Shown here: in pieces, positions 46,455-55,803 of the stretch
How positions within the stretch are numbered: position 1 is the first letter of the stretch
Layout of the letters: each line of letters begins with the position of its first letter
Assembly: GCA_001787005.1 (NCBI GenBank)
Contig: MFUV01000006.1
Coordinates: forward strand, 16,197-80,196
Reading direction: 5' to 3'
Length of the DNA: 64,000 nt
From: Candidatus Nomurabacteria bacterium RIFCSPLOWO2_01_FULL_39_18
Lineage (GTDB): Bacteria > Patescibacteriota > Minisyncoccia > Phycocordibacterales > UBA9973
Notes under the pieces: model-generated
The model's database searches: none
What the model was told of the DNA's origin: nothing
Seen by the model: only the letters and a program-made list of their open reading frames with translations
Program-made: the position numbers and the translations under genes

Positions 46455-47552
46455 ATGAACAAAGATTATTACAATATATTGGGTATAAACAAAGATGCAA
46501 GTAAGGAAGAAATTAAAAAAGCTTTCTACAAGCTGGCGCATAAATACCATCCTGACAAAAAAGAAGGCAATGAAGCAAAATTCAAACAAGTAAACGAGGC
46601 GTATCAAGTGCTCTCTGATGACAGCAAGCGTTCAAAATATGATCAATTTGGCGCAGGATTTGAAAATATGGGGCAGGGATATGCGAGGGGTCAGGGAGGA
46701 TTTGGCGGTTTTGAAGGGTTTGATTTTGGAGGTTTTCAAAATGGCGGTACAGAATTTGATTTCGGCAATCTGAATGATATTTTCAGTGATTTCTTCACAG
46801 GAGGAATGGGCGGAGGAAGGGGGGAAGCGCGCAGAGGCCGGGACATTTCGACCGAAGTGCAGATTTCTTTCCAGGATTCTATTTTTGGCACGAGCAGAAA
46901 AATTTTAATTACGAAAACATCTTCATGTCTCACTTGCAATGGTTCCGGCGCGAAAGCTGGGTCGGGAATGATGACCTGTAAGAAATGTAACGGTCAAGGT
47001 AAGATACATGAAACTAAGAAATCTTTCCTCGGGACTATTTCTAGCACAAAGCTTTGCGAAGAATGCTTCGGTGCCGGCGAAGTGCCGAAAGAATTGTGTG
47101 AAAAGTGTAAAGGGAAAGGTGTCATGCGTCGCGAAGAAGAAATATCGATTTTAATCCCAGCTGGTATTCGCGACGGAGAGATGATTCGCATGACGGGCAT
47201 GGGAGAAGCGGTATCCAAAGGAACAACCGGGGACCTTTATATCAAAATAAACATCACGCCGCATCCCGTGTTTAAACGCGACGGACACGACTTGGTTATG
47301 AATTTAAATTTGAAACTCTCCGATGCGTTACTCGGTACCAAGTATCCAATAGAAACCCTTGATGGCGAGATTGAGGTTACCATCCCCGAAGGCGTCTCCA
47401 TAAATGAAGTTCTGCGAGTGCGCGGCAAGGGCGTGCCGATCGGGAAAAATAAGCGTGGAGATTTACTAATCAAACTCAACATAAAACTTCCTAATAAACT
47501 TTCTCGCAAAGAACGAGATCTCATAGAACAACTCAAAAAGGAGGGGATCTAA
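46455..47552 (+). CDS. dnaJ: Chaperone DnaJ.
   Basis: It has a J-domain with HPD (YHPDKK), a G/F region, four CxxCxGxG repeats and a C-terminal domain. Confidence 0.9.
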   Translation: MNKDYYNILGINKDASKEEIKKAFYKLAHKYHPDKKEGNEAKFKQVNEAYQVLSDDSKRSKYDQFGAGFENMGQGYARGQGGFGGFEGFDFGGFQNGGTEFDFGNLNDIFSDFFTGGMGGGRGEARRGRDISTEVQISFQDSIFGTSRKILITKTSSCLTCNGSGAKAGSGMMTCKKCNGQGKIHETKKSFLGTISSTKLCEECFGAGEVPKELCEKCKGKGVMRREEEISILIPAGIRDGEMIRMTGMGEAVSKGTTGDLYIKINITPHPVFKRDGHDLVMNLNLKLSDALLGTKYPIETLDGEIEVTIPEGVSINEVLRVRGKGVPIGKNKRGDLLIKLNIKLPNKLSRKERDLIEQLKKEGI

Positions 47553-47556
47553 TTAA

Positions 47557-48135
47557 ATGTTGCCAGAAAACATTGTATTTGTTGGCCTCTTTCTACAGTT
47601 AACAGGACAGATATCTTACATAATGAGTATGTTTAGAGGGCATGCCAAACCCAACCTAGTGTCATGGTTTATTTGGATGTTGGCGCCACTTTTTGGTTTC
47701 TTTTTTCTAATCAAAGCTGGAGCAGGTTTTTCTGCCTTTCCGATATTTATGGCTGGCTTCGGACCTTTTCTTGTTATTCTTTTTTCAATTCTTATAAAAA
47801 ATGGGTATTGGAAAGTAAATGCTTTTGATTTATATTGCGGAGCGCTTGCTCTTCTTGCTTTAATATTTTACGTATTCACTCATAGTCTGGGCATATCAAT
47901 TATTTTCGCAGTATTAAGTGATAGTCTAGCGGCTGTCCCAACCATTATAAAATCATGGAAATTTCCTGAAACAGAAAGCGGCTTAATTTACTTTTTGGCG
48001 ATGGTATCTAATATTCTTGGACTGCTAACAATCAAAGTTTGGTCATTCTCAATTTCTTTATTTGGTATTTTGGTGATAATTCAATGTATTGTAATATTAT
48101 TTTGTATTTACAGAAAAAAGATTTTTAAATCATAG
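47557..48135 (+). CDS. Hypothetical polytopic membrane protein.
   Basis: It has five to six hydrophobic helices. Confidence 0.4.
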   Translation: MLPENIVFVGLFLQLTGQISYIMSMFRGHAKPNLVSWFIWMLAPLFGFFFLIKAGAGFSAFPIFMAGFGPFLVILFSILIKNGYWKVNAFDLYCGALALLALIFYVFTHSLGISIIFAVLSDSLAAVPTIIKSWKFPETESGLIYFLAMVSNILGLLTIKVWSFSISLFGILVIIQCIVILFCIYRKKIFKS

Positions 48136-48204
48136 AAATTTTATTTTGTCCACCATCTTTTACATATGTTCGAGATAGTAGAATAAAAAAATATTTTTGG
48201 AACA

Positions 48205-49620
48205 CTAAATTTTCGAGATTTTTTGTCCTTGATCAGTATCTTTAATTTCATAACCCAGGGAATTTATTTTTTTTCTTAAATCATCAGATTTTTTGAAATC
48301 CTTATCTTTTCGCGCTTGCTCGCGTTCTTCCGCTAGCTCGAGAATTTCTTCCGGAATTGCCTCAATTTTTAGATTTTCCAATCCCAATCCTAGCACTTTA
48401 TCAAAGTCCAAAACAGTAGTCTTTTTGTCCGCAAGGGAGATATTTTCGTCCTTTAAAATATCCCATAGCACTGTCAGTGCCCGAGGAGTGTCTAGGTCGT
48501 CTTCTAGGTAGCTTTTGAACTTTTTTTGGTATTTCGGGCTTATGGCTCCTAGTTCGCTGTCAGTCTTGCTTGTTGCTAGCTCATTGTAGAGTCCGTAGAG
48601 CCTTTTTAGGGCTATTTCTGCGCCTTCCAATGCTTCCCAATTGAAATTGACCTTAGTACGATAGCTAGACATTAGAAGCCAAAAACGGTAGGCTACCGCG
48701 CTTATTCCTTTTTCTGTGATGTTTCCTAACTTCAAAAAATCTCCCGACGACTTGGCCATTTTGGTGCCGCCAAAATCCACAAATTCATTATGCATCCAAA
48801 ATTTTACAAAAGGTTTTTTGCTAGTTGCGCATTCTGATTGAGCGATCTCATTGGTGTGGTGTGTGGGCATGAGGTCAATGCCTCCTGTATGAATATCAAA
48901 CTGCTCGCCAAGAAATTTCATGCTCATGGCTGAGCATTCTATATGCCAACCAGGAAACCCTACACCCCATGGGGATTCGAAGCCAAGAACATTTCCGCCA
49001 GAGGCGGATCCGCCTTTGGCGGAAAATTTCCACAGAGCAAAATCTTCTGGATTTTTCTTTTCTGGATTTTCAGTAATCCTAGCGTGGTCTTTATCTCGAG
49101 TTGTTTTTCCGCCCCAAAGTATTCCGTAGTCGGGCATTTTGGAAGTTTCAAAATAAATTCCATCACTCGTTTTGTACGTATAACCTTTTTCCTCCAGTTT
49201 CTTTACGAGCTCTATGTCTTCTTTTACAAAATCACTTGCAAAGTGGAGTTCTTCCGGTATTTCAATGTTAAGCGCTCGAAGATCGCTTTTAAATTTTTCC
49301 GTATAAAATTCTGCCAGCCCGCGCATATTTTTTAAGGTCAATTCTTTTCTTTCCCGCAGAAGCCCCTTGGTCATTTTATCCTCACCTGAATCCGCATCGC
49401 TCGACAAGTGTCCGATGTCGGTGATATTCATAACCCTTTTAACTTTGTATCCAGCGTATTCCAAAGTTTTTTGCAAAATATCCGCAAAAACAAAAGCTCT
49501 CAAATTGCCGATATGGGCATAATCATACACCGTCGGTCCGCATGAATATATTCTGACACGACCTTCTTCGATTGGCACAAATTCTTCTTTTTTCCGCGTT
49601 AGCGTGTTATACAATTGCAT
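48205..49620 (-). CDS. cysS: Cysteinyl-tRNA synthetase.
   Basis: RIYSCGPTVYDYAHIGNLR (HIGH) and KMAKSSGDF (KMSKS) are present. Confidence 0.9.
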   Translation of the reverse strand: MQLYNTLTRKKEEFVPIEEGRVRIYSCGPTVYDYAHIGNLRAFVFADILQKTLEYAGYKVKRVMNITDIGHLSSDADSGEDKMTKGLLRERKELTLKNMRGLAEFYTEKFKSDLRALNIEIPEELHFASDFVKEDIELVKKLEEKGYTYKTSDGIYFETSKMPDYGILWGGKTTRDKDHARITENPEKKNPEDFALWKFSAKGGSASGGNVLGFESPWGVGFPGWHIECSAMSMKFLGEQFDIHTGGIDLMPTHHTNEIAQSECATSKKPFVKFWMHNEFVDFGGTKMAKSSGDFLKLGNITEKGISAVAYRFWLLMSSYRTKVNFNWEALEGAEIALKRLYGLYNELATSKTDSELGAISPKYQKKFKSYLEDDLDTPRALTVLWDILKDENISLADKKTTVLDFDKVLGLGLENLKIEAIPEEILELAEEREQARKDKDFKKSDDLRKKINSLGYEIKDTDQGQKISKI

Positions 49621-49631
49621 TTTACCTGAAG

Positions 49632-50684
49632 TTATGTGGTTTGATTGAATTCATTTCGGTAAATTGAAATCAAAGTATAGAACAAACTTATTGCGAGCGG
49701 TCCGATTAGAATGCCGACTGGACCCAAGAATGAGATTCCGCCAAGCACTGAAAATAATATTAAAAGGGGAGAGATATTCGTTTGCTTGCTGATAATAAAT
49801 GGACTCAAGAAATTGTCAACCAATCCGACAATAATCACTGCCCAGATCAAAAGGCCGATAGCCGATGCATTATTACCGATAGCGAAGAGAAAAATAATTG
49901 CCGGTACAGAAACAAGCGCGGTTCCGACCGTCGGTAGAAGGGAAGTCACGGCGGCCACTACGCCCCAAAGAGCCGGATTGGGAACATTGAAAAGCCAGAG
50001 TCCGAAGCCCAAGAGCACCCCCTGTATAAGGGCGATAAAGAGGTATCCTTTTATTATGGCATTTACGGAGAGTGTCAATCTGTCCAGTATTTTTTCATCA
50101 TCTTTATCTTCAAGCGGACTTAAAGAAACCAAGGATCTTTTCCATCCTTCGCCGTCTTTCAAAAAATAAAAAATAATCAAAAGCATTAAGATAAATGAGA
50201 AAAAAGCGGAAACAGTAGTGCTGAATATATTTGCTATATTGTTCGATATATATGAAACAAGGTCTGTTAATTTATTTTTTACATCGAAAACAATGCTGTC
50301 AGGCAGTATTTTGTTCACGGTGCGATTTATCGAATTAAGCAAGGGCCCGATATTCCCGTTGTCTGTAACCACTTCATAAACATTCTGGCTCTGATTGAAG
50401 ACTATTGCGCCGATGCCTAGAAGCGGCCCGCAAAGAACCAAGGTAAAAAGGATTACAGTCAAAAAAGCGGAAAGCGAACTTGGCAAACGTCTTGCGTAGA
50501 GCCACTTATAAATGGGATATAAAACTATTGAAAAAGAAACTCCTAGAACAAGCACTACCCAGAAGGGTCGAAAGATCAGAAAACTAAAAATGAAGGTGGC
50601 TATCAAAAGTCCAAAGAAAAAATACCTTTCAATAATTTTTGTTTGCATATACAAGAGTATAACAAAAACCGTGCCATGCACCAA
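49632..50684 (-). CDS. AI-2E family transporter (PerM/UPF0118).
   Basis: It has eight TM helices, with KGYLFIALIQGVLLGFGLWLFNVPNPALWGVVAAVTSLLPTVG typical of the family. Confidence 0.6.
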   Translation of the reverse strand: MVHGTVFVILLYMQTKIIERYFFFGLLIATFIFSFLIFRPFWVVLVLGVSFSIVLYPIYKWLYARRLPSSLSAFLTVILFTLVLCGPLLGIGAIVFNQSQNVYEVVTDNGNIGPLLNSINRTVNKILPDSIVFDVKNKLTDLVSYISNNIANIFSTTVSAFFSFILMLLIIFYFLKDGEGWKRSLVSLSPLEDKDDEKILDRLTLSVNAIIKGYLFIALIQGVLLGFGLWLFNVPNPALWGVVAAVTSLLPTVGTALVSVPAIIFLFAIGNNASAIGLLIWAVIIVGLVDNFLSPFIISKQTNISPLLILFSVLGGISFLGPVGILIGPLAISLFYTLISIYRNEFNQTT

Positions 50685-50759
50685 GTGCCCTTTAGTTACC
50701 CTTCAAGGGTGACACTGTGGAGTTGCCTTTTTGTGGAATATCCTGTAATATAAACCCAT

Positions 50760-51098
50760 ATGGACAAAGGAGAATTTGCAGTAATACAAACAGGAGGGAA
50801 GCAGTACAAAGTCTCTAAGGGGGGCTTTCTTTCTGTTGAAAAGATCAAGGGGGGCAGTAAGGGGGAGTACAAAAAGGGGGACAAGCTTGTTTTTGATAAA
50901 GTTCTACTCCTAGATGATGGGAAAAATGCTACTATCGGCGCACCCTATATAACAGGCGCAAAAGTGGACGCGGAAATTACCGAAATCGGCAGAGCTCGCA
51001 AAATCCTAGTCGTAAAATATAAACAAAAATCCCGCTACCTCCGCAGAAACGGTCACCGCCAGCCATTTTTCAAAGTAAAAATAACTTCGATAAAATAA
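50760..51098 (+). CDS. rplU: Ribosomal protein L21.
   Basis: FAVIQTGGKQYKVSKG...RRNGHRQPFFKVKITSI. Confidence 0.85.
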   Translation: MDKGEFAVIQTGGKQYKVSKGGFLSVEKIKGGSKGEYKKGDKLVFDKVLLLDDGKNATIGAPYITGAKVDAEITEIGRARKILVVKYKQKSRYLRRNGHRQPFFKVKITSIK

Positions 51099-51126
51099 CA
51101 GAAAAATATCTATCTACAAAATCTAT

Positions 51127-51378
51127 ATGGAAGATGTACCAGAATCCAAAAATAAAGTAGAAGAAAAATTAGCTGCGATTCAAAAATTTAAGCATTCGCC
51201 AGAAGTTATTAGACAAATGATAGATGATTTAGATTTCTATCTTTCCCTTAGAATAGCAAAAACACAATTACCTTTTAATGTTAAGGTTTTTTTCAATGCA
51301 ATACATAAACAGTATAGTACATTTACTCCAGCAGAGATTAGACAATTGATAACACAACTACAGTCATATGTAAAATAA
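51127..51378 (+). CDS. Hypothetical protein.
   Basis: Called from the ORF only; it is not L27. Confidence 0.3.
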   Translation: MEDVPESKNKVEEKLAAIQKFKHSPEVIRQMIDDLDFYLSLRIAKTQLPFNVKVFFNAIHKQYSTFTPAEIRQLITQLQSYVK

Positions 51379-51433
51379 TTTGCTCACTGCTTTTTTTTTA
51401 AAGAGTGTTTTTTAGGGTGTCGTTGCCAGAATA

Positions 51434-52158
51434 TTAAGAAATACACAGGCGTTGCCTGTGTATTTCTTAAGAGCTATTGAAAAAACTAAGCCATTCGAAC
51501 AATTCATTCTGATGATCAATCAGTTTTTTGAAATAAGAAGGAAATCGCACAGGATTTAAAATTTTGAATTTTTCTTCAACATATTCTTTTGTACTTGAAT
51601 ATGGATAAGTAAAAACATATTTTAGTAAATTTTTAGTATTTCTACTTTTATTTTCCTTCCAATTTTTATCTATCAATTTTGCTGGATTCAGATGAATATA
51701 CGAATAAAGATATTTTAGATATGTGTCCTTATTCGCATGGATTGATTTAAATACACCCTCATATAATTTCCCAGTTCGTTTGTATTTTTTATTAAAATAC
51801 ATCGAATATCCAGTCATTAGTTTAAGCATATATTTAGAAATTCCATTTTTTACTTTTTCACGAACAAGGACATGAAAATGATTAGGCATTAAACAATATG
51901 CACCAATATCAATTATAGTTTCTTCGCGATCAAAAGTTTTGCCAATATCTCTTAATTTAATACTTTTCACCGTATTGCAAATATACATTAAAAACAAAAA
52001 ATAATCATAATCATTTTTATCCAAAAAGATCAGTCTTTTTTCTGTGCCACGATTATATAAATGATAATATTCATCCACAGCGAAAGATTGTTTTCTTAAA
52101 GCCATGTTTTTAAGTATAGCATAATTAAACAAATACACAGGCAACGCCTGTGTATTTG
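51434..52158 (-). mobile_element. IS200/IS605-like RAYT locus: a Y1 HUH transposase flanked by inverted copies of a ~30-37-nt palindrome.
   Basis: The palindromes TTAAGAAATACACAGGC-gtt-GCCTGTGTATTTCTTAA (51434-51470) and CAAATACACAGGC-aac-GCCTGTGTATTTG (52130-52158) bracket the transposase CDS. Confidence 0.7.
51467..52105 (-). CDS. REP-associated tyrosine transposase (RAYT, IS200-like Y1 HUH).
   Basis: It has YHLYNRG, the HUH motif AYCLMPNHFHVLV, and GKLYEGVFKS...YIHLNP. The start was moved to the internal ATG (the tracked ORF begins at a TTG at 52144). Confidence 0.75.
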   Translation of the reverse strand: MALRKQSFAVDEYYHLYNRGTEKRLIFLDKNDYDYFLFLMYICNTVKSIKLRDIGKTFDREETIIDIGAYCLMPNHFHVLVREKVKNGISKYMLKLMTGYSMYFNKKYKRTGKLYEGVFKSIHANKDTYLKYLYSYIHLNPAKLIDKNWKENKSRNTKNLLKYVFTYPYSSTKEYVEEKFKILNPVRFPSYFKKLIDHQNELFEWLSFFNSS

Positions 52159-52185
52159 TGATATCAGCTTTTATATATCATGTAT

Positions 52186-52575
52186 TTAAGATAAAAATAA
52201 CTTCGATTTCATAGAATTTCTTAAAATTGTTCCGATTCTAACAATTTTCTCACTATTTATTTTTCTTCTTGGTAAATGTCCAGCATCGTTTCTCCTATTG
52301 ATTGGTATAAGGTGTATATGAACATGTTTTATCTGACGTCCTTTTACAAAAAGGTAAATATGTTTAGATTTTAGAATCTTTCCAAGATGAAGAGCTATCT
52401 TTCTAGCAATTTTTAATAAAGATATATATTCTTTCTCATTTAAATTGAATAAAAAATCAGTATGCTTTTTGGGTACGACAAGAATGTGACCGTAATTTGT
52501 AGGATTTGTATCTAAAAATGCTATGTGATTTTTATCAACAAAAATAATTTCATTGGGGGTTGTTCTCTCTGACAA
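52186..52575 (-). CDS. HIT-family (histidine triad) protein.
   Basis: GHILVVPKKHTDFLFNL and the HVHIHLIP triad are present. Confidence 0.75.
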   Translation of the reverse strand: MSERTTPNEIIFVDKNHIAFLDTNPTNYGHILVVPKKHTDFLFNLNEKEYISLLKIARKIALHLGKILKSKHIYLFVKGRQIKHVHIHLIPINRRNDAGHLPRRKINSEKIVRIGTILRNSMKSKLFLS

Positions 52576-52614
52576 CTGAACAAAAAATACATTTTTTCAT
52601 AGAAATAAAAAATA

Positions 52615-53325
52615 TTACTGCCTATTTTTCAATGCGTTTTTGAGGGTGTCGTTGTCGGAATATTCTAGCTCAGTGCCAGTGGAGAGGCCCTTGCCCAGGG
52701 AGGAGATTTTAATATTTTGTTTATCCGCGACATTTTTAATCTGTTCTCTAACATAGGAATCTGTATGGTTACCCTGTGGGCTGACAGAAAAAGCAAGAAT
52801 TATTTCTTGAAGTGCGTTGCGTGAGGCAAGACCTAACGCGTTAGCGTTAGGTCTTGCCTCACGCATGATTTTTTCTTTTAATTCTTCAATTCGTATCTTG
52901 CTCTTGGTGTTTTTCTCAACTATCGGTACAAGCCCGCCTAGGATAAAATATTTACCATTATAAACCCGGCTTTTCTTAACAGATTCTAAATCGGAATCCT
53001 TTTCCACAACCATTAGAACAGAAGAGTCTGTACTTGTGTTGCCGCAGATGTCACACGTTTTATTTATCCCGCCATTGACGGGGTTTTTACCATTTTTCCC
53101 GCCTGCAGGAGCTATGCTTTCAGCATTGCGGGCGGGAACGATAAAAAATCGAAAACATTCTCCGCACTGCGCTACTTCTTTTTTTAGATCTGTTATCAAG
53201 AGAGCCAAATTTTCCGCATAACTTCCGTTTTTGGACATTAAAAAATAAACAAATCGTTTTGCCTGGCGCTCTCCAATGCCGGGAAATTCTTTAAAAATTT
53301 CTGTTAGTTTATCTACAATATCCAT
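52615..53325 (-). CDS. recR: Recombination protein RecR.
   Basis: It has the HhH FPGIGERQAKRFVYFL, the C4 zinc finger CGECFRFF and a Toprim domain. It also carries an in-frame 48-nt perfect palindrome insert and a C-terminal extension. Confidence 0.85.
   Translation of the reverse strand: MDIVDKLTEIFKEFPGIGERQAKRFVYFLMSKNGSYAENLALLITDLKKEVAQCGECFRFFIVPARNAESIAPAGGKNGKNPVNGGINKTCDICGNTSTDSSVLMVVEKDSDLESVKKSRVYNGKYFILGGLVPIVEKNTKSKIRIEELKEKIMREARPNANALGLASRNALQEIILAFSVSPQGNHTDSYVREQIKNVADKQNIKISSLGKGLSTGTELEYSDNDTLKNALKNRQ
52818..52865. repeat. Perfect 22-bp-stem hairpin (48 nt) inserted in frame in recR.
   Basis: TGCGTGAGGCAAGACCTAACGC-gtta-GCGTTAGGTCTTGCCTCACGCA encodes MREARPNANALGLASR. 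Confidence 0.8.
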
Positions 53326-53328
53326 AAT

Positions 53329-54756
53329 TTAAAATTCATCCAAATCTCCCTTAACTTTTGACGGGGCGAATTCGCTGATGTTGCTTTTTTCAAGGTTTAG
53401 AAATGTCGTGGTTTTTTCGTCAAAATAAAGTTCAACTTTTCCCACCGGGCCATTGCGGTGTTTTTCGATTAAAATTTCAGCGATATTTGTTTTTTCGGAT
53501 TCATCTTTCCCTTTATCGTCCCGGTGGATGAACATGACAACGTCTGCATCTTGTTCAATAGACCCAGAGTCGCGTAGGTCAGAGAGGCGAGGCTTGCCTC
53601 CGCGCGATTCTACTGCACGAGAGAGTTGAGAGAGCGCAAGTACAGGCACGTCCAGTTCTTTTGCCAAACTTTTTAATGATCTTGAAATTTCTGTCACTTG
53701 ATTAACCATTGAATCGTAATTTTTTGAAGTCGTCATTAACTGCAAATAATCCACCACGATAAGATCGAGCCCCTTTTCAGCTTTTAGCCTTCTGGAAAGC
53801 GCTTTCATTCTGACTATTGAATTACCCGGCTGGTCATCAATGTAAATTTTAGCCTTTGCCAGCTTATCCAGCGAATCTCTGAGCTTAGAAAACTCTCTAT
53901 CTGAAGACAGGCGACCCGTGCGCAAATTCCAAGCGTTGACTCGGCTTTCAGCAGAAAGCATTCTATCCACCAATTGCTGAGAAGACATTTCGAGAGAAAA
54001 AATTACCACCGATTTTTCGTGCACCACAGAAGTCATGCGCGCAATGTCTAAAGCCAAGGTGGTTTTGCCCATGGAAGGTCTAGCCGCAATAATAACCAAG
54101 TCAGACTTTTGCAAGCCCGAGAGCATAGTATCCAAATCTCGGAAACCGGTCGGAAGCCCGCGAAGCATTCCTTTGTGTTCGTGTAATTTCTCTAGGCGCT
54201 CATATGCTTCAGGCAAGGCATCTTTTAAATTTATGTATTTTTGATTTTTTGGAGACGAGACTACCGTAAAGATTTTCTTTTCTGCCATATCCAATATGTC
54301 ATCCATGTGGTCGTCACCCTCTTCAAAAGCAAGTTCAGAAACATAATCTGCTGCCTCGATTAAACTTCGGAGAACATATTTTTTCTGCACAATATCAGCA
54401 TAATGTTTAACATTGGTGCTGGAAGGGACGACGTTGACTATTTCTGCCAGATATTGGTTGCCCCCGATCGCTTCCAGTAATTTTTGTTCGGCAAGTTTTG
54501 TGGAAAGGGAAAGCATGTCTATCGGTTCATTCTTCACCGAGAGATTAAGCATTGCTCGAAAAATTATCTTATGTTTCTCGACATAAAAAGAATCAGGGCT
54601 TACCATATCTTCCACTTCGTGCATTGCGTCTTTGCGAAGCATTATTGAGCCCAATACTGCCTGTTCTGATTCTATGCTTTGTGGGGGAATACGGAGATTG
54701 CTCGATTTATTTTTTAGAACCTTAGGCATAAACTCATTCTCTACCATGCTAGCCAT
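53329..54756 (-). CDS. dnaB: Replicative DNA helicase DnaB.
   Basis: The N-terminal domain reads PQSIESEQAVLGSIM. Walker A is AARPSMGKTTLALDIA and the RecA-like motifs are present. Confidence 0.9.
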   Translation of the reverse strand: MASMVENEFMPKVLKNKSSNLRIPPQSIESEQAVLGSIMLRKDAMHEVEDMVSPDSFYVEKHKIIFRAMLNLSVKNEPIDMLSLSTKLAEQKLLEAIGGNQYLAEIVNVVPSSTNVKHYADIVQKKYVLRSLIEAADYVSELAFEEGDDHMDDILDMAEKKIFTVVSSPKNQKYINLKDALPEAYERLEKLHEHKGMLRGLPTGFRDLDTMLSGLQKSDLVIIAARPSMGKTTLALDIARMTSVVHEKSVVIFSLEMSSQQLVDRMLSAESRVNAWNLRTGRLSSDREFSKLRDSLDKLAKAKIYIDDQPGNSIVRMKALSRRLKAEKGLDLIVVDYLQLMTTSKNYDSMVNQVTEISRSLKSLAKELDVPVLALSQLSRAVESRGGKPRLSDLRDSGSIEQDADVVMFIHRDDKGKDESEKTNIAEILIEKHRNGPVGKVELYFDEKTTTFLNLEKSNISEFAPSKVKGDLDEF

Positions 54757-54810
54757 GTTGTCAAAGCTCCAAGTTGATAAGATTGTTATTAAAATGTTAA
54801 TATATAAAAC

Positions 54811-55770
54811 ATGGCTAAAAAGATATTATTATCGGGTATCCAGCCCTCCGGTAAGCCCCATATTGGAAACTACTTCGGACTTATGAAAAGAATCGTGGAG
54901 TATCAGGACGAGTACCAGGTTTATTTTTTTATTGCTGATTATCATGCGCTAAATTCATTCAAAGACAAGGAAACATTGAAAAGTAACATTATTAATATTG
55001 TTATTGATTATTTGGCAATTGGTTTAGATCCAAAAAAATCGACCATATTCAAGCAATCTGATGTTTCGGAACACGCAGAACTTGCGTGGATTTTTGATAC
55101 TATTACCACAATGCCATATCTCGAACGAGCGCATGCCTACAAAGATGCGCAGGCAAAAGGAAAAGAAATAAGTGTTGGCTTATTTAATTATCCTATGCTC
55201 ATGGCGGCAGATATTTTACTCTATGGCACAGAGCTTGTGCCGGTTGGCAAGGACCAAGAGCAACATGTGGAGATTGCGCGCGATACCGCCGAAAAATTTA
55301 ATAATAAATTTGGAGAAACTTTTACATTACCTAAGTCAAAAATTGCAGAAATTCCAGTTATACATGGGACAGATGGTCGGAAGATGTCTAAGAGCTACGA
55401 CAATACCATCCCGCTTTTTTCTGAATATGAGGATATAAAAAAGATAGTAATGAGCATAGTGACAGATTCAGGGGAGGGCAAAGGAGAAGGTAAGCCGAAA
55501 AATGTCTATGCGATACACAACTTAATTCGTCCATCTTCCGATCTCGATCCTATTTATGAGAGCAAGAAAGGTAAATATAAAGAGTTGAAGGAATTATTAA
55601 TAGAAGATTTGGAGAAATTTATTGCACCACTGCGTGAAAAGCGAAAAGAATTTGAGAAAGACATCCCTCGTGCCCTGGCTATTCTAAAAGAAGGTGGCGA
55701 TAAAGCCAAAAAAATTGCCTCTGCCAAAATGGACGAAGTACGAGAAAAAATCGGAGTGAAGGTTTACTAA
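54811..55770 (+). CDS. trpS: Tryptophanyl-tRNA synthetase.
   Basis: GIQPSGKPHIGNYFG (HIGH) and KMSKSYDN are present; it is 319 aa. Confidence 0.85.
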   Translation: MAKKILLSGIQPSGKPHIGNYFGLMKRIVEYQDEYQVYFFIADYHALNSFKDKETLKSNIINIVIDYLAIGLDPKKSTIFKQSDVSEHAELAWIFDTITTMPYLERAHAYKDAQAKGKEISVGLFNYPMLMAADILLYGTELVPVGKDQEQHVEIARDTAEKFNNKFGETFTLPKSKIAEIPVIHGTDGRKMSKSYDNTIPLFSEYEDIKKIVMSIVTDSGEGKGEGKPKNVYAIHNLIRPSSDLDPIYESKKGKYKELKELLIEDLEKFIAPLREKRKEFEKDIPRALAILKEGGDKAKKIASAKMDEVREKIGVKVY

Positions 55771-55803
55771 AAATATTTTAATTTTTATGTTAAAGTAAAA
55801 TAT

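Noticed and set aside
7950-52865. A CRISPR array as the explanation for the many short repeats.
   Set aside because: The repeats are dispersed palindromes, often inside genes, not regularly spaced direct repeats with unique spacers. No cas genes are present.
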